A stretch of DNA of 51,555 nucleotides, taken from the NCBI GenBank assembly GCA_964487465.1, contig CAZAQI010000003.1:1-51555 (forward strand), read 5' to 3'. Within the stretch, counting starts at the first letter, position 1. Every line of letters starts with the position of its first letter. This document shows, in pieces, positions 27,243 to 37,266 of this stretch. The notes below the pieces were generated by a model. That model made no database searches, was not told the origin of the DNA, and saw nothing but the letters and a program-made list of their open reading frames with translations. The stretch comes from an uncultured Candidatus Bathyarchaeia archaeon. Lineage in GTDB: Archaea > Thermoproteota > Bathyarchaeia > TCS64. Both the position numbers and the translations under genes were made by a program.

Positions 27243-27893
27243 ATGTCAAATGTACTAAAACAAGAAGCAGTTTACATACTTACGGGGATAGTCACAGTTT
27301 TAATGCTAGTTGAATATTTCTTTTTTGCTGGTACTCAAGTATGGGCTGAGACCATAAGAACTTGGGCTGTTATTATTTTTAACATCTCACTTGGTCTCGG
27401 AGCAGCCCGATTACTAATACAACACAGTTTGAGGGTTCAAAGGCAGAGGAGAGATTGGCACTTCAGCGTAGTATTATTAGGATTATTCGTAGTAATGCTC
27501 TTGACTGGCTTTACAGGTTACATCACAACAGGTGTACAGACAAATAACGCTATTTACAACTGGTTATTCAATTACGTTTATACCCCACTAGGTGCAACAC
27601 TATATCCAATTACTGGGTTCTATATCTTCTCAGCAGCCTATCGTGCTTTCAGAGCAAGGAATGTCGACGCAGCCCTCATGCTAATAGCAGGCTGTTTCGT
27701 TATGCTTAAGAATGCTCCTGTAGGCGAGGCTATCTGGGTAGGTTTTGCGACCATAGGTGATTGGTTCCAGTTCACTGGTCAAACACCGGGAATGAGAACC
27801 TTTGCTATAGTAGGTGCTTTGGGTCTAATCGCGTATGGATTCAGAGCGTTACTTGGTAAAGAGCGTGGATTCTATGCAGGAGGAGGCGAGTAA
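27243..27893 (+). CDS. Membrane operon subunit B: polytopic membrane protein of about 6 TM, unknown function
   Basis: It starts 7 nt after the stop of A. Six hydrophobic stretches are present. The motif NWLFNYVY is shared with subunit D. Confidence 0.65.
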   Translation: MSNVLKQEAVYILTGIVTVLMLVEYFFFAGTQVWAETIRTWAVIIFNISLGLGAARLLIQHSLRVQRQRRDWHFSVVLLGLFVVMLLTGFTGYITTGVQTNNAIYNWLFNYVYTPLGATLYPITGFYIFSAAYRAFRARNVDAALMLIAGCFVMLKNAPVGEAIWVGFATIGDWFQFTGQTPGMRTFAIVGALGLIAYGFRALLGKERGFYAGGGE

Positions 27894-27895
27894 GA

Positions 27896-28726
27896 GTGAG
27901 TATATTAAGTAAACTAGCTGATATAGATCGTAGGGTATTCTACTGGATACTCTTCGTGGCTCTTATGGTTCCATATCTTAATCCAATCGGATTGCCGATT
28001 AACATAGCAGAGAATACTCAAGAACTATACGATGGAATCACCGGTGACTCTGTAGACGAGGGTGATGTATGGATCATAAACTTTGGCTATGGCGTCAGCG
28101 CTTGGTCAGAGTGTCATCCAGCCGTTACAGTCTGTACGAAAGCATTATTCAGAGAAGGTGCCAAGCTAATATTCGTTGGTATACATTACGATGTCGAGCT
28201 TACCTATAAAAAGCTACATGAGACAGTCCCAGATTTCGCTGACAAGGAATATGGTGAAGATTATGTATTCCTTGGCTATTTCACAGGCGGCGAATCTGGT
28301 GTTGCCCAGATGGCATCCAGCATAAAGAGCGTATTCCCCGAAGATCACTTCGGAACGCCCTATGATGAAATACCGATGCTACAAGACGTCGAAGATGTAC
28401 ACGATATAGCTGGTGTCCTTTCCTCGGATACAGGTGACTACGGCGGGCACTTCATGACTCAGTGGCAAGCCGCCTACGGAACAAAACTAGCAGAGATAGG
28501 AATCGCAATGAACGCCTCAACTGATCTGCCAAGATGGCAAGCAGGCAACTTCTTTGGCTTAAGCGTAGGTTCACGAGGTGGAGCAGAACTAGAGAAACTC
28601 ATTGGCGAACTTGGTGATGCTACCATCACAATGGACAGCATTAACGTAAGCCACCTGTTAGTTGTGTTTGCGATAATACTAGCTAACATAGGAGTAATCA
28701 CAGAAAAACTAGGAGGTAATCAATAA
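27896..28726 (+). CDS. Membrane operon subunit A': same architecture as A (N- and C-terminal TM helices with a central domain)
   Basis: The GTG start lies 2 nt after the stop of B and is preceded by GGAGGAGG. Hydrophobic segments are VFYWILFVALMVPYL and LLVVFAIILANIGVI. Confidence 0.65.
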   Translation: MSILSKLADIDRRVFYWILFVALMVPYLNPIGLPINIAENTQELYDGITGDSVDEGDVWIINFGYGVSAWSECHPAVTVCTKALFREGAKLIFVGIHYDVELTYKKLHETVPDFADKEYGEDYVFLGYFTGGESGVAQMASSIKSVFPEDHFGTPYDEIPMLQDVEDVHDIAGVLSSDTGDYGGHFMTQWQAAYGTKLAEIGIAMNASTDLPRWQAGNFFGLSVGSRGGAELEKLIGELGDATITMDSINVSHLLVVFAIILANIGVITEKLGGNQ

Positions 28727-29361
28727 TGGCATATCCAACAGCAACCTGGGACGTAATCGGCCTATGGGTGGGCTGGTTCCTGATGCTAATGATATACAGC
28801 CTACCGCTGTATAAAGAAAATATAGCTTACAGGACAGCAGAGCACATGTTCATAGGCGTTACATTGGCAATTTCAATTATTGTCAACTTTAGTAACGTTA
28901 TGAGAATGTGTATCAGACCTTTAATGCAGGGTAATCTACTGATGATCGTACCCTTAATTCTAGGGTTAATGATCTTCACGATGCTAATCCCTGAATATAG
29001 ATGGTTAAGCAGATACCCAATAGCAATACTGGTCGGAGCCGGATTTGGCCTAGGTATCCGTGGAACAATAAAACCGAACCTTCAGGACGCTATTATCGAT
29101 ACGATAACAGCTCCTACAAGCGGCGGTCTAATGGCTTGGTTCAACTACCTGTACGTAGCTGTAGGTCTAGTCTGCAGTATAATGTACTTCATGTTGACCT
29201 TTGAGCACACCGGACCACTAAAGGCGCCCACGAGGATCGGACGATTGTTTATCATGGTTGGTCTAGGAGCCTACTTTGGTAACACAGTACTGTTCAGGTT
29301 CACGATGCTAGCAGGCAGAGCACAACACTTCCTGCAGGTACTGAAACTAATACCCATGTAA
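28726..29361 (+). CDS. Membrane operon subunit B': polytopic protein of about 6 TM, distant paralogue of B
   Basis: TAATG overlap with A'. GGAGGT lies 8 nt upstream. The motif AWFNYLY matches NWLFNYVY of B at a comparable position. Confidence 0.65.
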   Translation: MAYPTATWDVIGLWVGWFLMLMIYSLPLYKENIAYRTAEHMFIGVTLAISIIVNFSNVMRMCIRPLMQGNLLMIVPLILGLMIFTMLIPEYRWLSRYPIAILVGAGFGLGIRGTIKPNLQDAIIDTITAPTSGGLMAWFNYLYVAVGLVCSIMYFMLTFEHTGPLKAPTRIGRLFIMVGLGAYFGNTVLFRFTMLAGRAQHFLQVLKLIPM

Positions 29362-29434
29362 CTAACCCAACTTTCTTTACACTATTTTTCAAAAAACGTT
29401 TTACCTAGCTGGAACCAGAGATAACTGATAACCC

Positions 29435-30310
29435 ATGGACCAGAGCACCATCAAAAAACTATTAGAACAACACCTCATCTCTCCGAAAGCCAAATTAGAG
29501 GCATTCCTAGCTACCAGTCTAAAGCTACGACCAGCCAGCCAAGTAACCATACCCGCAGAACTACCCAGCGGCTTAGCGATGGGTAAAAAGATCGATCAAG
29601 CAGTTCAACCTCACATGATCAAGCTCCAGAAGATAAAGGATATACGACAGAGAGCATCAGCTGTCCAGGGATTAAAGAAGCTTCTTGATAAGCACTTTGA
29701 GGAAGTTGTTGAAGGGTCCGATGAATACCGGGCGTATTATGACTGGGCTAAGAACAATGGATTGATGGTTAACCAGATTAAGGTAAGGCCAACTGTTCAT
29801 GAGATGTATTTCTACAGAGATAGGGGAACCGGGAGAAAAATCAATAGACTAATGCGAGAACGAGAGAAAATACGGAGAAAAGTACAGCGAAAACCAGGGG
29901 AAAACGTAAACAGCATTAGATTCGCCTACCCGGAAGAGTTTGAACCGAAATGGCTCAAGAGCCTTGGACACATACTCGGATACCCTGATTGCTGCGTAGA
30001 ACAGTACGCCGATGACAGGAAAAATGAAGTAAACGTTGAGGCTAGAGCAGCCCAACAACTGGTAGATGCCCTGAAAGAGGAAGACGTTGACACCCATGTA
30101 TATTACACTGGATACTTTTTCCCCTGTACCCCCAGATGCGAGAAGGCGCTAGAGAAAGGATACCATTGGCATGAAGCCTTCAAAGAACTGGACATGAATC
30201 TAGGCTCCATGTATGAGCAGAACATCTATGTCAACACAGAACTGGTTCTCAAACAACCTGAACTGATACAGAGATACCTCTCACAGTTTAAACCAAAAAC
30301 CAGTGACTAA
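29435..30310 (+). CDS. Cys-rich archaeal protein, DUF483-like
   Basis: The motifs GYPDCCVEQY and FFPCTPRCEKALEKG resemble the conserved Cys motifs I associate with DUF483. Confidence 0.4.
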   Translation: MDQSTIKKLLEQHLISPKAKLEAFLATSLKLRPASQVTIPAELPSGLAMGKKIDQAVQPHMIKLQKIKDIRQRASAVQGLKKLLDKHFEEVVEGSDEYRAYYDWAKNNGLMVNQIKVRPTVHEMYFYRDRGTGRKINRLMREREKIRRKVQRKPGENVNSIRFAYPEEFEPKWLKSLGHILGYPDCCVEQYADDRKNEVNVEARAAQQLVDALKEEDVDTHVYYTGYFFPCTPRCEKALEKGYHWHEAFKELDMNLGSMYEQNIYVNTELVLKQPELIQRYLSQFKPKTSD

Positions 30311-30657
30311 GGATTTGGATAAGGCGGAGGATACTCCCCTTGATCAACCTCAACTCTCTCTATTTTGAAAACCACAGGTCTCTCAGAGTCCGGGCAGCTA
30401 AAATATGTGATCTTATCCATATAATCCCAGGGCTCGGTTACCTCTCGAGTCATGGCGCTAGTTAAAGGAAGAATAGCGCTGAAAGCAGCAAGACAGACGC
30501 TGTCTGTTTCCTCTAATAGGAGCCTGCCAGGGTTCCCGGTGACTGTCATCTTGTCCCCAACCTTATACATCTTACACGGCCCAGAAACATGAATAGATTC
30601 TCCATCAATACTACAGGGCTCGTTTACCTCCACTACCGTGAATACTACTTTATACAT
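30307..30657 (-). CDS. TIGR04076-like small Cys-containing protein
   Basis: It is 116 aa. The pattern C...H.SGPC.MYKVGD ... DSVCLAAFSAILP ... FSCPD resembles the TIGR04076 family. It is divergent from the radical SAM gene. Confidence 0.4.
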   Translation of the reverse strand: MYKVVFTVVEVNEPCSIDGESIHVSGPCKMYKVGDKMTVTGNPGRLLLEETDSVCLAAFSAILPLTSAMTREVTEPWDYMDKITYFSCPDSERPVVFKIERVEVDQGEYPPPYPNP

Positions 30658-30770
30658 AGTCTATCTTGAACCTTTGACTGTAAAAAGATTGGTTATCCTC
30701 AGATGGGCAGGTTTTTTTCGTTCCAGTTCTGAGTATGATTTATAGGTTGTGAAAAAGTACCGTTGCTAAA

Positions 30771-31856
30771 ATGCAGTATCATCTGGTTCTCACCGAGCGT
30801 TGTAATAAACACTGCACCTATTGCGGCGGAACAAGACACATAAACGGTATTCCTCTTGATGTCACATATTCTATAGACGAGTTGGTAGCTTTCATAAAAC
30901 AGGATCCGGATCCAGTTATCGGATTCTATGGCGGTGAACCCTTACTCGCACTGGATTACATGTATCAGGTAATGGACAAGGTGCCTGCAAAAGCCTATAC
31001 GCTCCAGACAAACGCTACCAAGCTAAACATGATCAAGGACAAGTACCTGCACAGATTGCACTCAATACTAGTGAGCATCGACGGTGGAAAAAAAGTCACT
31101 GACTCATGTAGAGGAGAGGGAACCTATGAACAAGTAACCAGTAATCTCTTGGAGATCGAGAACCGGGGATACAGCGGCGATATTATAGCAAGAATGGCGT
31201 TCAGCAAGAACGGAGACATTTACCGAGACGTATCTCATCTCCTAGAAATGGAGGCGCCTTATTTTGATCATGTTCACTGGCAGCTTGATGTTTTCTGGTC
31301 CATATTAGATTCTTGGAATGATCTTGAGGGATGGTTGAAACGATATGAATCAGGTGTATCTCGACTGGTCACAGATTTCACTGAATCCTTCAAGACCGGA
31401 GATCCCTTAGGTATCGTGCCGTTCATACCTGTGCTCAAAACCTTGTTGACGGGGGAAGAAACACCTTATATAAGATGTGGCGCAGGCGCAACAAGTTTTG
31501 CTATACTTACTAACGGTAGAATCGAGGCCTGCCCAATTGCACCGGAGTTACCCTACAGTAACGTGGGACATATAAATGACTCTTCACCTAGCGAGATCCG
31601 TGAAAGCATTCCAGTCGGTTTCCCCTGTACTGAATGTGATGTGCTGGGTGTTTGTGGTGGGCGATGTTTGTTCGCAAACAAGAACAAGTTTTGGGGTATT
31701 GATTGGTTCAATAGGCTATGTGAAACCACTAAACACATGATTAATGAATTACGAAAATGTGTGCCCACGGCAAGGGGACTCATCGATGAGGGAGTTCTCG
31801 ACTCTGGGTTCTTTGATTATCCTGAGATAAATAACGGCTGTGAGATAATACCCTAA
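30771..31856 (+). CDS. Radical SAM enzyme with a C-terminal SPASM domain (AF0577/TIGR04084-like putative peptide-modifying maturase)
   Basis: The CxxxCxxC motif (CNKHCTYCGG) is at the N-terminus. The C-terminal auxiliary-cluster cysteines are CGAG...ACP...CTECDVLGVCGGRC. Confidence 0.75.
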   Translation: MQYHLVLTERCNKHCTYCGGTRHINGIPLDVTYSIDELVAFIKQDPDPVIGFYGGEPLLALDYMYQVMDKVPAKAYTLQTNATKLNMIKDKYLHRLHSILVSIDGGKKVTDSCRGEGTYEQVTSNLLEIENRGYSGDIIARMAFSKNGDIYRDVSHLLEMEAPYFDHVHWQLDVFWSILDSWNDLEGWLKRYESGVSRLVTDFTESFKTGDPLGIVPFIPVLKTLLTGEETPYIRCGAGATSFAILTNGRIEACPIAPELPYSNVGHINDSSPSEIRESIPVGFPCTECDVLGVCGGRCLFANKNKFWGIDWFNRLCETTKHMINELRKCVPTARGLIDEGVLDSGFFDYPEINNGCEIIP

Positions 31857-32042
31857 TAAACACGTAGATTACAGGCTATCTGTAGACCCTTGGACTATCT
31901 AGAAACGATACTGGTGCACTTCCCTATGTAAATAAAGACCACTAGTCAAATCCATCTTGATAATCTCCCCCCTTCAACAAGATTATACAAGTTAATCCAA
32001 AGAAAATCTTCTCTCCTATGCGATATAGATAGCGATGTTTAT

Positions 32043-32924
32043 TTGATAGATACACCTGCTGGTCGCGACATAGCGTGCTATCCTCACTTAGTGTCCAAGG
32101 AATTATCTGATCTATGTATTGACGCCGCTAAAAGTTTTTCAGCAATTATTAATGAACTGGGGGTTGTCACCGTAGATTCTGCCATTCTTCATATTCTCCG
32201 TGGAAGCTCCGGTTACATGGTTCACAAGGCGTTACCTGATCTCCCAGTATTCAATATTAGAACCGAGTATAGTGAAGACGGGTATAGAGAACACTCAGAT
32301 GACTCTAGGATGATACAGGTAACCTATAGTGATTACAGGGAAACCGAGGTGGATACACTGATCATACCAGACACCTATGCCACGGGTAGAAGCGTAGAAG
32401 CTGTCCTCAAACACATTATAGAAAAAGGTTTCGAGGCTGAAAACGTAATAATATATGGGTTTATCGCGGTATCAGCTATCCAGCGATTATACAGGTTACT
32501 GGATGAAAATAATATCAAACTCACAGTCTTCAGCATCTGTAATATTACCCAGCTATGTTCCAACAACTATGATATGCCTCTATATGGATTGGATGAACAC
32601 CTATACAGAGAACGGGGTAAGATCAAGCCTATAGGCTCCATAGTTTCACCTGATACGTTGCAGGAGATGCTTCCCCACTATATCCCGGGTATGGATCAGC
32701 CTGGTGACTGGAGTGAGAGACATTTATATCTTTATAATGGTCACACATATGAAAATGGTAACATACAGGGTCACCTTGAGAAATCCATCCAATTCATGGA
32801 ATCTCTTGACAAATTAAACAGTCAACAACTCTGGTATACTGAAACTATTTATGAACTTACCCGTAAAGAAATTAGAAAATGTAAAGAGAAATTAAGATCA
32901 ATTCGATCCACTGATAATCGCTAA
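32043..32924 (+). CDS. Phosphoribosyltransferase-fold protein (UPRTase-like PRPP loop) with a C-terminal extension
   Basis: The PRPP-binding-like motif VDTLIIPDTYATGRS is present. TTG start at 32043, and the next in-frame Met is about 58 codons in. Confidence 0.5.
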   Translation: MIDTPAGRDIACYPHLVSKELSDLCIDAAKSFSAIINELGVVTVDSAILHILRGSSGYMVHKALPDLPVFNIRTEYSEDGYREHSDDSRMIQVTYSDYRETEVDTLIIPDTYATGRSVEAVLKHIIEKGFEAENVIIYGFIAVSAIQRLYRLLDENNIKLTVFSICNITQLCSNNYDMPLYGLDEHLYRERGKIKPIGSIVSPDTLQEMLPHYIPGMDQPGDWSERHLYLYNGHTYENGNIQGHLEKSIQFMESLDKLNSQQLWYTETIYELTRKEIRKCKEKLRSIRSTDNR

Positions 32925-33143
32925 ACACAATAACTCTATAACTTTTTCCCTTGTCACTCTCCCCCATTTGGTTCAACTGTTACTTCACTAGGTTTTCAAG
33001 AGTCATCAAGATATTTACAGAAACCATTACCTACGTGGATTATTCCTGGGTGAAAAATGAATATTTTACACTATAAATCATATAATAATACTAGTATTTG
33101 AAAAAAGTAAAGAAAAAATGGGAAACTTGTTTTTTCGAGGCTG

Positions 33144-33974
33144 TTACTCAAATGAGAATATTATTTGAACATTCACGGTAACAGCTAATTCGCCTGATAT
33201 TACAGGTGTCGGCGCATAGCTCTTGGATGCGTCCTCTGCAGATGCGTATGCGTAGCTTCTCACTGGGACATAACTGCTCTCAGTAACTCTCTGTACACCG
33301 GTTATGGTTAATCCAAGGGTATCAGCGATGACCTCTGCCTTGTCCTCCGCGTCGGTAAGTGCCGCGATATATGCGTTGGTCTTTAATTCTTCGCGTTTCG
33401 CGTCGCTGAGACCAAACGTTATGCCGTTGATCTGATTAGCTCCAGCTTCTGCTGCTACATCTATAACGTCTCCAACTATGTGTAGATCTTTAATGGTTAT
33501 CTGAACTAGGTTAGTCACCGTATAACCTCTGAATTCTCGACCGTCTTCCGTCCAGTCATATTGTGGTGTCACACTATAACTGGTAGTAACGATATTGTCC
33601 TCAGTAATGCCTAGTGCTTTTACGGCTTCGATGATGGCTGACATCTTATCAGCGTTCTCACCGATAGCCTCACTGGCCATCATGGATGTAACTTGTACAC
33701 CCAGGTCAACTGTGGCCTGATCAGCTTGGGAAGAAGCACTACCAGAACCAGATAGACTAATGGTCTTTTGTTCTTCAACAGTTCCCTGAGATACATCACT
33801 GTAAAGTGTTGGAAGCCCTTGGCTCACTCCCACTCCTGATGGGAATCTGAATCCTTTAGGCAGTGACTGGGATAGCTCAGGAACAACTCCCGGTTTGTAG
33901 GCTATTATTGCCCCTGCCATGATTATGCTAAGGCAGATGGCTGCGACCGCAAATGTTTGTTGGTTTTTATTCAT
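33144..33974 (-). CDS. SIMPL (DUF541) domain protein with an N-terminal membrane anchor
   Basis: TM anchor FAVAAICLSIIMAGAIIAY. The segments ISLSGSGSAS..ADQATVDLGV and NQINGITFGLSD are typical of SIMPL. Confidence 0.6.
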   Translation of the reverse strand: MNKNQQTFAVAAICLSIIMAGAIIAYKPGVVPELSQSLPKGFRFPSGVGVSQGLPTLYSDVSQGTVEEQKTISLSGSGSASSQADQATVDLGVQVTSMMASEAIGENADKMSAIIEAVKALGITEDNIVTTSYSVTPQYDWTEDGREFRGYTVTNLVQITIKDLHIVGDVIDVAAEAGANQINGITFGLSDAKREELKTNAYIAALTDAEDKAEVIADTLGLTITGVQRVTESSYVPVRSYAYASAEDASKSYAPTPVISGELAVTVNVQIIFSFE

Positions 33975-34053
33975 TGCTCGTCGAATAGATGAAACGTAAG
34001 ATTGGTTAATATACCCATCAAATAGAACAGTTGTTCAAAGACTTAGAACGGAG

Positions 34054-34527
34054 CTAGTAATCCTTGTATTCTATGAAGGTTTCATAGATCTCCTTTGCTT
34101 TATCCTTTAGGCTATCTGGCATATTTTCATCATTCTTTATATCTCTAGTATGCTGGGCTAGTCGATGTTTGAGCCAGTAATAATCCTCAAGAATAAGGCT
34201 GTAACCAAGTTCATAATCCATAGCTTTCAGATGAGCGCTGTAAAGCACTTCTTTGGGAGTATCAACTATGGTCTTGTTATTTATCTCAATACCCACTTCC
34301 TTGAGTTCACTTATCTCTATTATAGAATGGAGGAAAAGGTACTCGTTTCCAAGTCGATCAAGGAAAGTGATCTTTGTTTCCTTGAAGTTTTCTCCTGTGA
34401 GGTAATCGTATAACTCTTTAGGTGTGCACTCGTTAAACTCGTACTCGAATTCATTTAATAGTTCTATAACTTGGTCTAACCTGAATTCAATGATCTCCTG
34501 TATTTCCTCATAGGGTGGAGTTACCAT
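34054..34527 (-). CDS. Hypothetical acidic cytoplasmic protein
   Basis: A clean 157-aa ORF with an ATG start. I recognise no motif. Confidence 0.45.
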   Translation of the reverse strand: MVTPPYEEIQEIIEFRLDQVIELLNEFEYEFNECTPKELYDYLTGENFKETKITFLDRLGNEYLFLHSIIEISELKEVGIEINNKTIVDTPKEVLYSAHLKAMDYELGYSLILEDYYWLKHRLAQHTRDIKNDENMPDSLKDKAKEIYETFIEYKDY

Positions 34528-34599
34528 GTACGTTTAGCTGTATTAGGTATATTTTAAAACTAGCGGATGGGTAAAAAGTTGGAAAAAGTGGAAGGTGTT

Positions 34600-36123
34600 T
34601 TAGTCTTTCTTGGGGGTGGGTATGTGCCAGTCACGTCCACGCTCAGTGACCACGTATTCTGGCCAGGGTAGATCAATGGGTGGATCCCATTCAGGGTCTA
34701 GCTGAGGAGGCTCATACTCCTCCTTGATTCGTTCCTTCCATTCATCCTTACATGCCTTTAATTTAGTAGGGTCTTCAGCCAAGTCAAGTAAAGTGCCACT
34801 TATCGCTTTACCTGCTGTATATATTGTTCGATCAATTGGACCTCTTACCCCACCCATGTAGAGATATGGCCATCTGGGGAGTCTCTCTCCCTCTACTCTC
34901 ACATGTGGTCTATAGACCTGTATCCATACACCTGGGCAGTGCCACTGGAACTCTACATAGTCGTCGCTACCGAATTTCTTCTGGTGACTGGGGATGAGGC
35001 TTCTCCACATCTTCTCCCACTCCTCTGGTGGGGTGAGTTCTTCGTTAAAGGGCTCCTCCTGTTCAGGGTAACCCATGTTTCTGAGTAACTCGTTTGCTAT
35101 CTCTTTATCTTTGTCAGTGAATTTTGGTGGCCCAACCAGTTCAAGATTCTCGTAAGCTAGGTCCGCTAATGCCTTGTTGAATAGACCGGTTCTCTGCTTT
35201 GTTACCCATCTAACCGTTAACTTTGTTCCCGTTATTCTGGCTACGTTCTCCGCGTTGTTGATTAATACCTTGGCTATCTGTTTCTGCTGCGTTAAGCTTG
35301 GGCTCCTGAATGCGTATTGTAGTATGCCAATTCTAGGAGGCATGTTGTCAGCTGTAGCCTGTCCAGCAACCATTACCGCCTCATTAATACTCCAGAGACC
35401 TGTACGTGGTAGCATATTCTCCTTCGTGTATTTGGTTGTAGTATACATCAAGGCTACAGCATCTAACGCTGCTGGGGCTCTAGCGTTTCTTGGTAGGTCA
35501 TCAGCGTAGGCGATCCATTTTTCAGGTTCATCACATTCAAATACAAATGCGACGTTCCAGTAACTGCCCCATTGAGTCTCATACATTACTGTTGTGTAGG
35601 CTCTTGGATGCCAACCCACCATCGCGTCCAAACCATCAAAACGTCCTTTCGACGCGAACCAACTCTTGGCACATACTTTCTCCGCTGGGGTGCCGAAGAC
35701 CTTGATGCTTCCCTTAATATCATGTTCCTCCATCGCGTGTTTAGTGGCTACAGCTCCGATTAACGCTCCAACGCCTAGGGCGCTGTGAGGGTCGGTATGA
35801 CCTGCCCTATAGGGGTTGTCCGCTGATCTGTATGGAACCTGATCCTGCCAAGCTGATGGGACAGCATCGTATTCACAGTAGGTGCTCAATACTGGTTTTC
35901 CTTCCCCCCACGTAGCTTCATATGCGGTAGGCATACCCGCTACCCCATGGATTACGTTAAATCCTTCTTCTTTGTGGAACTCGACGAATGCTTTCGCTGA
36001 TTTATATTCCCTGAAAGATGTCTCAGCATAGTTCCAGATTAATTGATGAAAATCTGAGATCCTTTCCGAGTTTTCATTGATCCATTTGAAGGCTGTCTTT
36101 TTTGCTTCTGATAGCTCTGTCAA
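34600..36123 (-). CDS. M20D/AbgB-like amidohydrolase paralogue 2 (divergent metal-site motif)
   Basis: It is collinear with the other two copies (GMPTAYEATWGEGKPVL..EYDAVP, GTPAEK). GHGCGHN is replaced by GHTDPHS. TTG start at 36123. Confidence 0.7.
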   Translation of the reverse strand: MTELSEAKKTAFKWINENSERISDFHQLIWNYAETSFREYKSAKAFVEFHKEEGFNVIHGVAGMPTAYEATWGEGKPVLSTYCEYDAVPSAWQDQVPYRSADNPYRAGHTDPHSALGVGALIGAVATKHAMEEHDIKGSIKVFGTPAEKVCAKSWFASKGRFDGLDAMVGWHPRAYTTVMYETQWGSYWNVAFVFECDEPEKWIAYADDLPRNARAPAALDAVALMYTTTKYTKENMLPRTGLWSINEAVMVAGQATADNMPPRIGILQYAFRSPSLTQQKQIAKVLINNAENVARITGTKLTVRWVTKQRTGLFNKALADLAYENLELVGPPKFTDKDKEIANELLRNMGYPEQEEPFNEELTPPEEWEKMWRSLIPSHQKKFGSDDYVEFQWHCPGVWIQVYRPHVRVEGERLPRWPYLYMGGVRGPIDRTIYTAGKAISGTLLDLAEDPTKLKACKDEWKERIKEEYEPPQLDPEWDPPIDLPWPEYVVTERGRDWHIPTPKKD

Positions 36124-36222
36124 AATGTGTTCACGGGTATTTACGTCACGTATGTGGTATAAAACAATTAGAGTTGAAACTGTTTTTTAGATGTTATATA
36201 AAAAATGAATAAAGGGGTGTGG

Positions 36223-36558
36223 TTACTTGACTTCTGTAATGACTTTTTGGGTCTCTTCTGGGAAGTCGCGGAGCAGGTTTTTTAGGACAACTTTAGCTAT
36301 GTATTCCTTAAATTCCGTCTCATCATATTTGGCAGTGTATATTCGCCTATGTCCTCCCTTCCCTGTTGTCTCCGTGTAGTTAAGCACACCCTCGTCTACC
36401 ATGGAGTTAAGGAAGTTGATGATTGATGCTCTGCTAATGCTATCGTTTTCTCCTAGATCCTCATTTACTTGTGCCCAGACGTCTCTGCTGCTTGCGCCTT
36501 CGCCGTCTAGTCGCCATAAGTATTTTAGGGCTAATTCTTGGTAGTCCTTGAGTATCAT
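36223..36558 (-). CDS. Winged-helix DNA-binding protein (putative transcriptional regulator)
   Basis: It is 111 aa. The segment SISRASIINFLNSMVDEGVLNY..TGKGGHRRIY has a recognition-helix plus beta-wing pattern. Confidence 0.5.
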   Translation of the reverse strand: MILKDYQELALKYLWRLDGEGASSRDVWAQVNEDLGENDSISRASIINFLNSMVDEGVLNYTETTGKGGHRRIYTAKYDETEFKEYIAKVVLKNLLRDFPEETQKVITEVK

Positions 36559-37266
36559 GGCGAGTCCTTCATTTGATGTATCAATTTTTAATGCCAGTTT
36601 TTGTCACCAACGACCTCATTCAGCAGTCTCATGCTATTTAAACATTGACCTTTTAATGTAGGTGTCACTTTCTTATCTCCATGGCTTTTTTTTAAATAAA
36701 TATTGTTAACAATGATGGATTATGGATTAATTTAATTATATTTAACTAAAAAACGAAGATACACCCCAGTTACCAAATGGAAACCTCATTAGAAGAGATC
36801 TTATCTACCAAAACAACAATTCGATTAAATGTGCCTTCCACCCAAAAGGTTAAACAATTAAAATCTGTCTTCTTCGTCTATCTTGGCTTAGCGCTGCGTT
36901 TTGATTTCATGTATCTAGAAATCAGCATAATACTTACTGGATTAATGGTGCTTCTTCGTTATATCCTTGTGTCAATCTTAGACTCTAGGGTTATCAAGGA
37001 AAAGAATGGTTTATTCTCGACTATTCTTCATTCAAGGATCCAGTAGTCTTGTTCTAGCACATTTTATCGAACAGTATGATCCATCAGGCGAGTTTTTTGG
37101 CTAATCCTCAACTTTTCAAGAATATACTCATGCCGATGGTGGTTTCTCATATACTGTTTTCCTCTCTTCTTGCTTCAATAATAGCTGAGAAACAAATCTC
37201 AATGAATAAACCAATGAGAGGAAGAGATGTGAGAAAAGATATAGATGATAAAAGAGGAGAGAAAGT

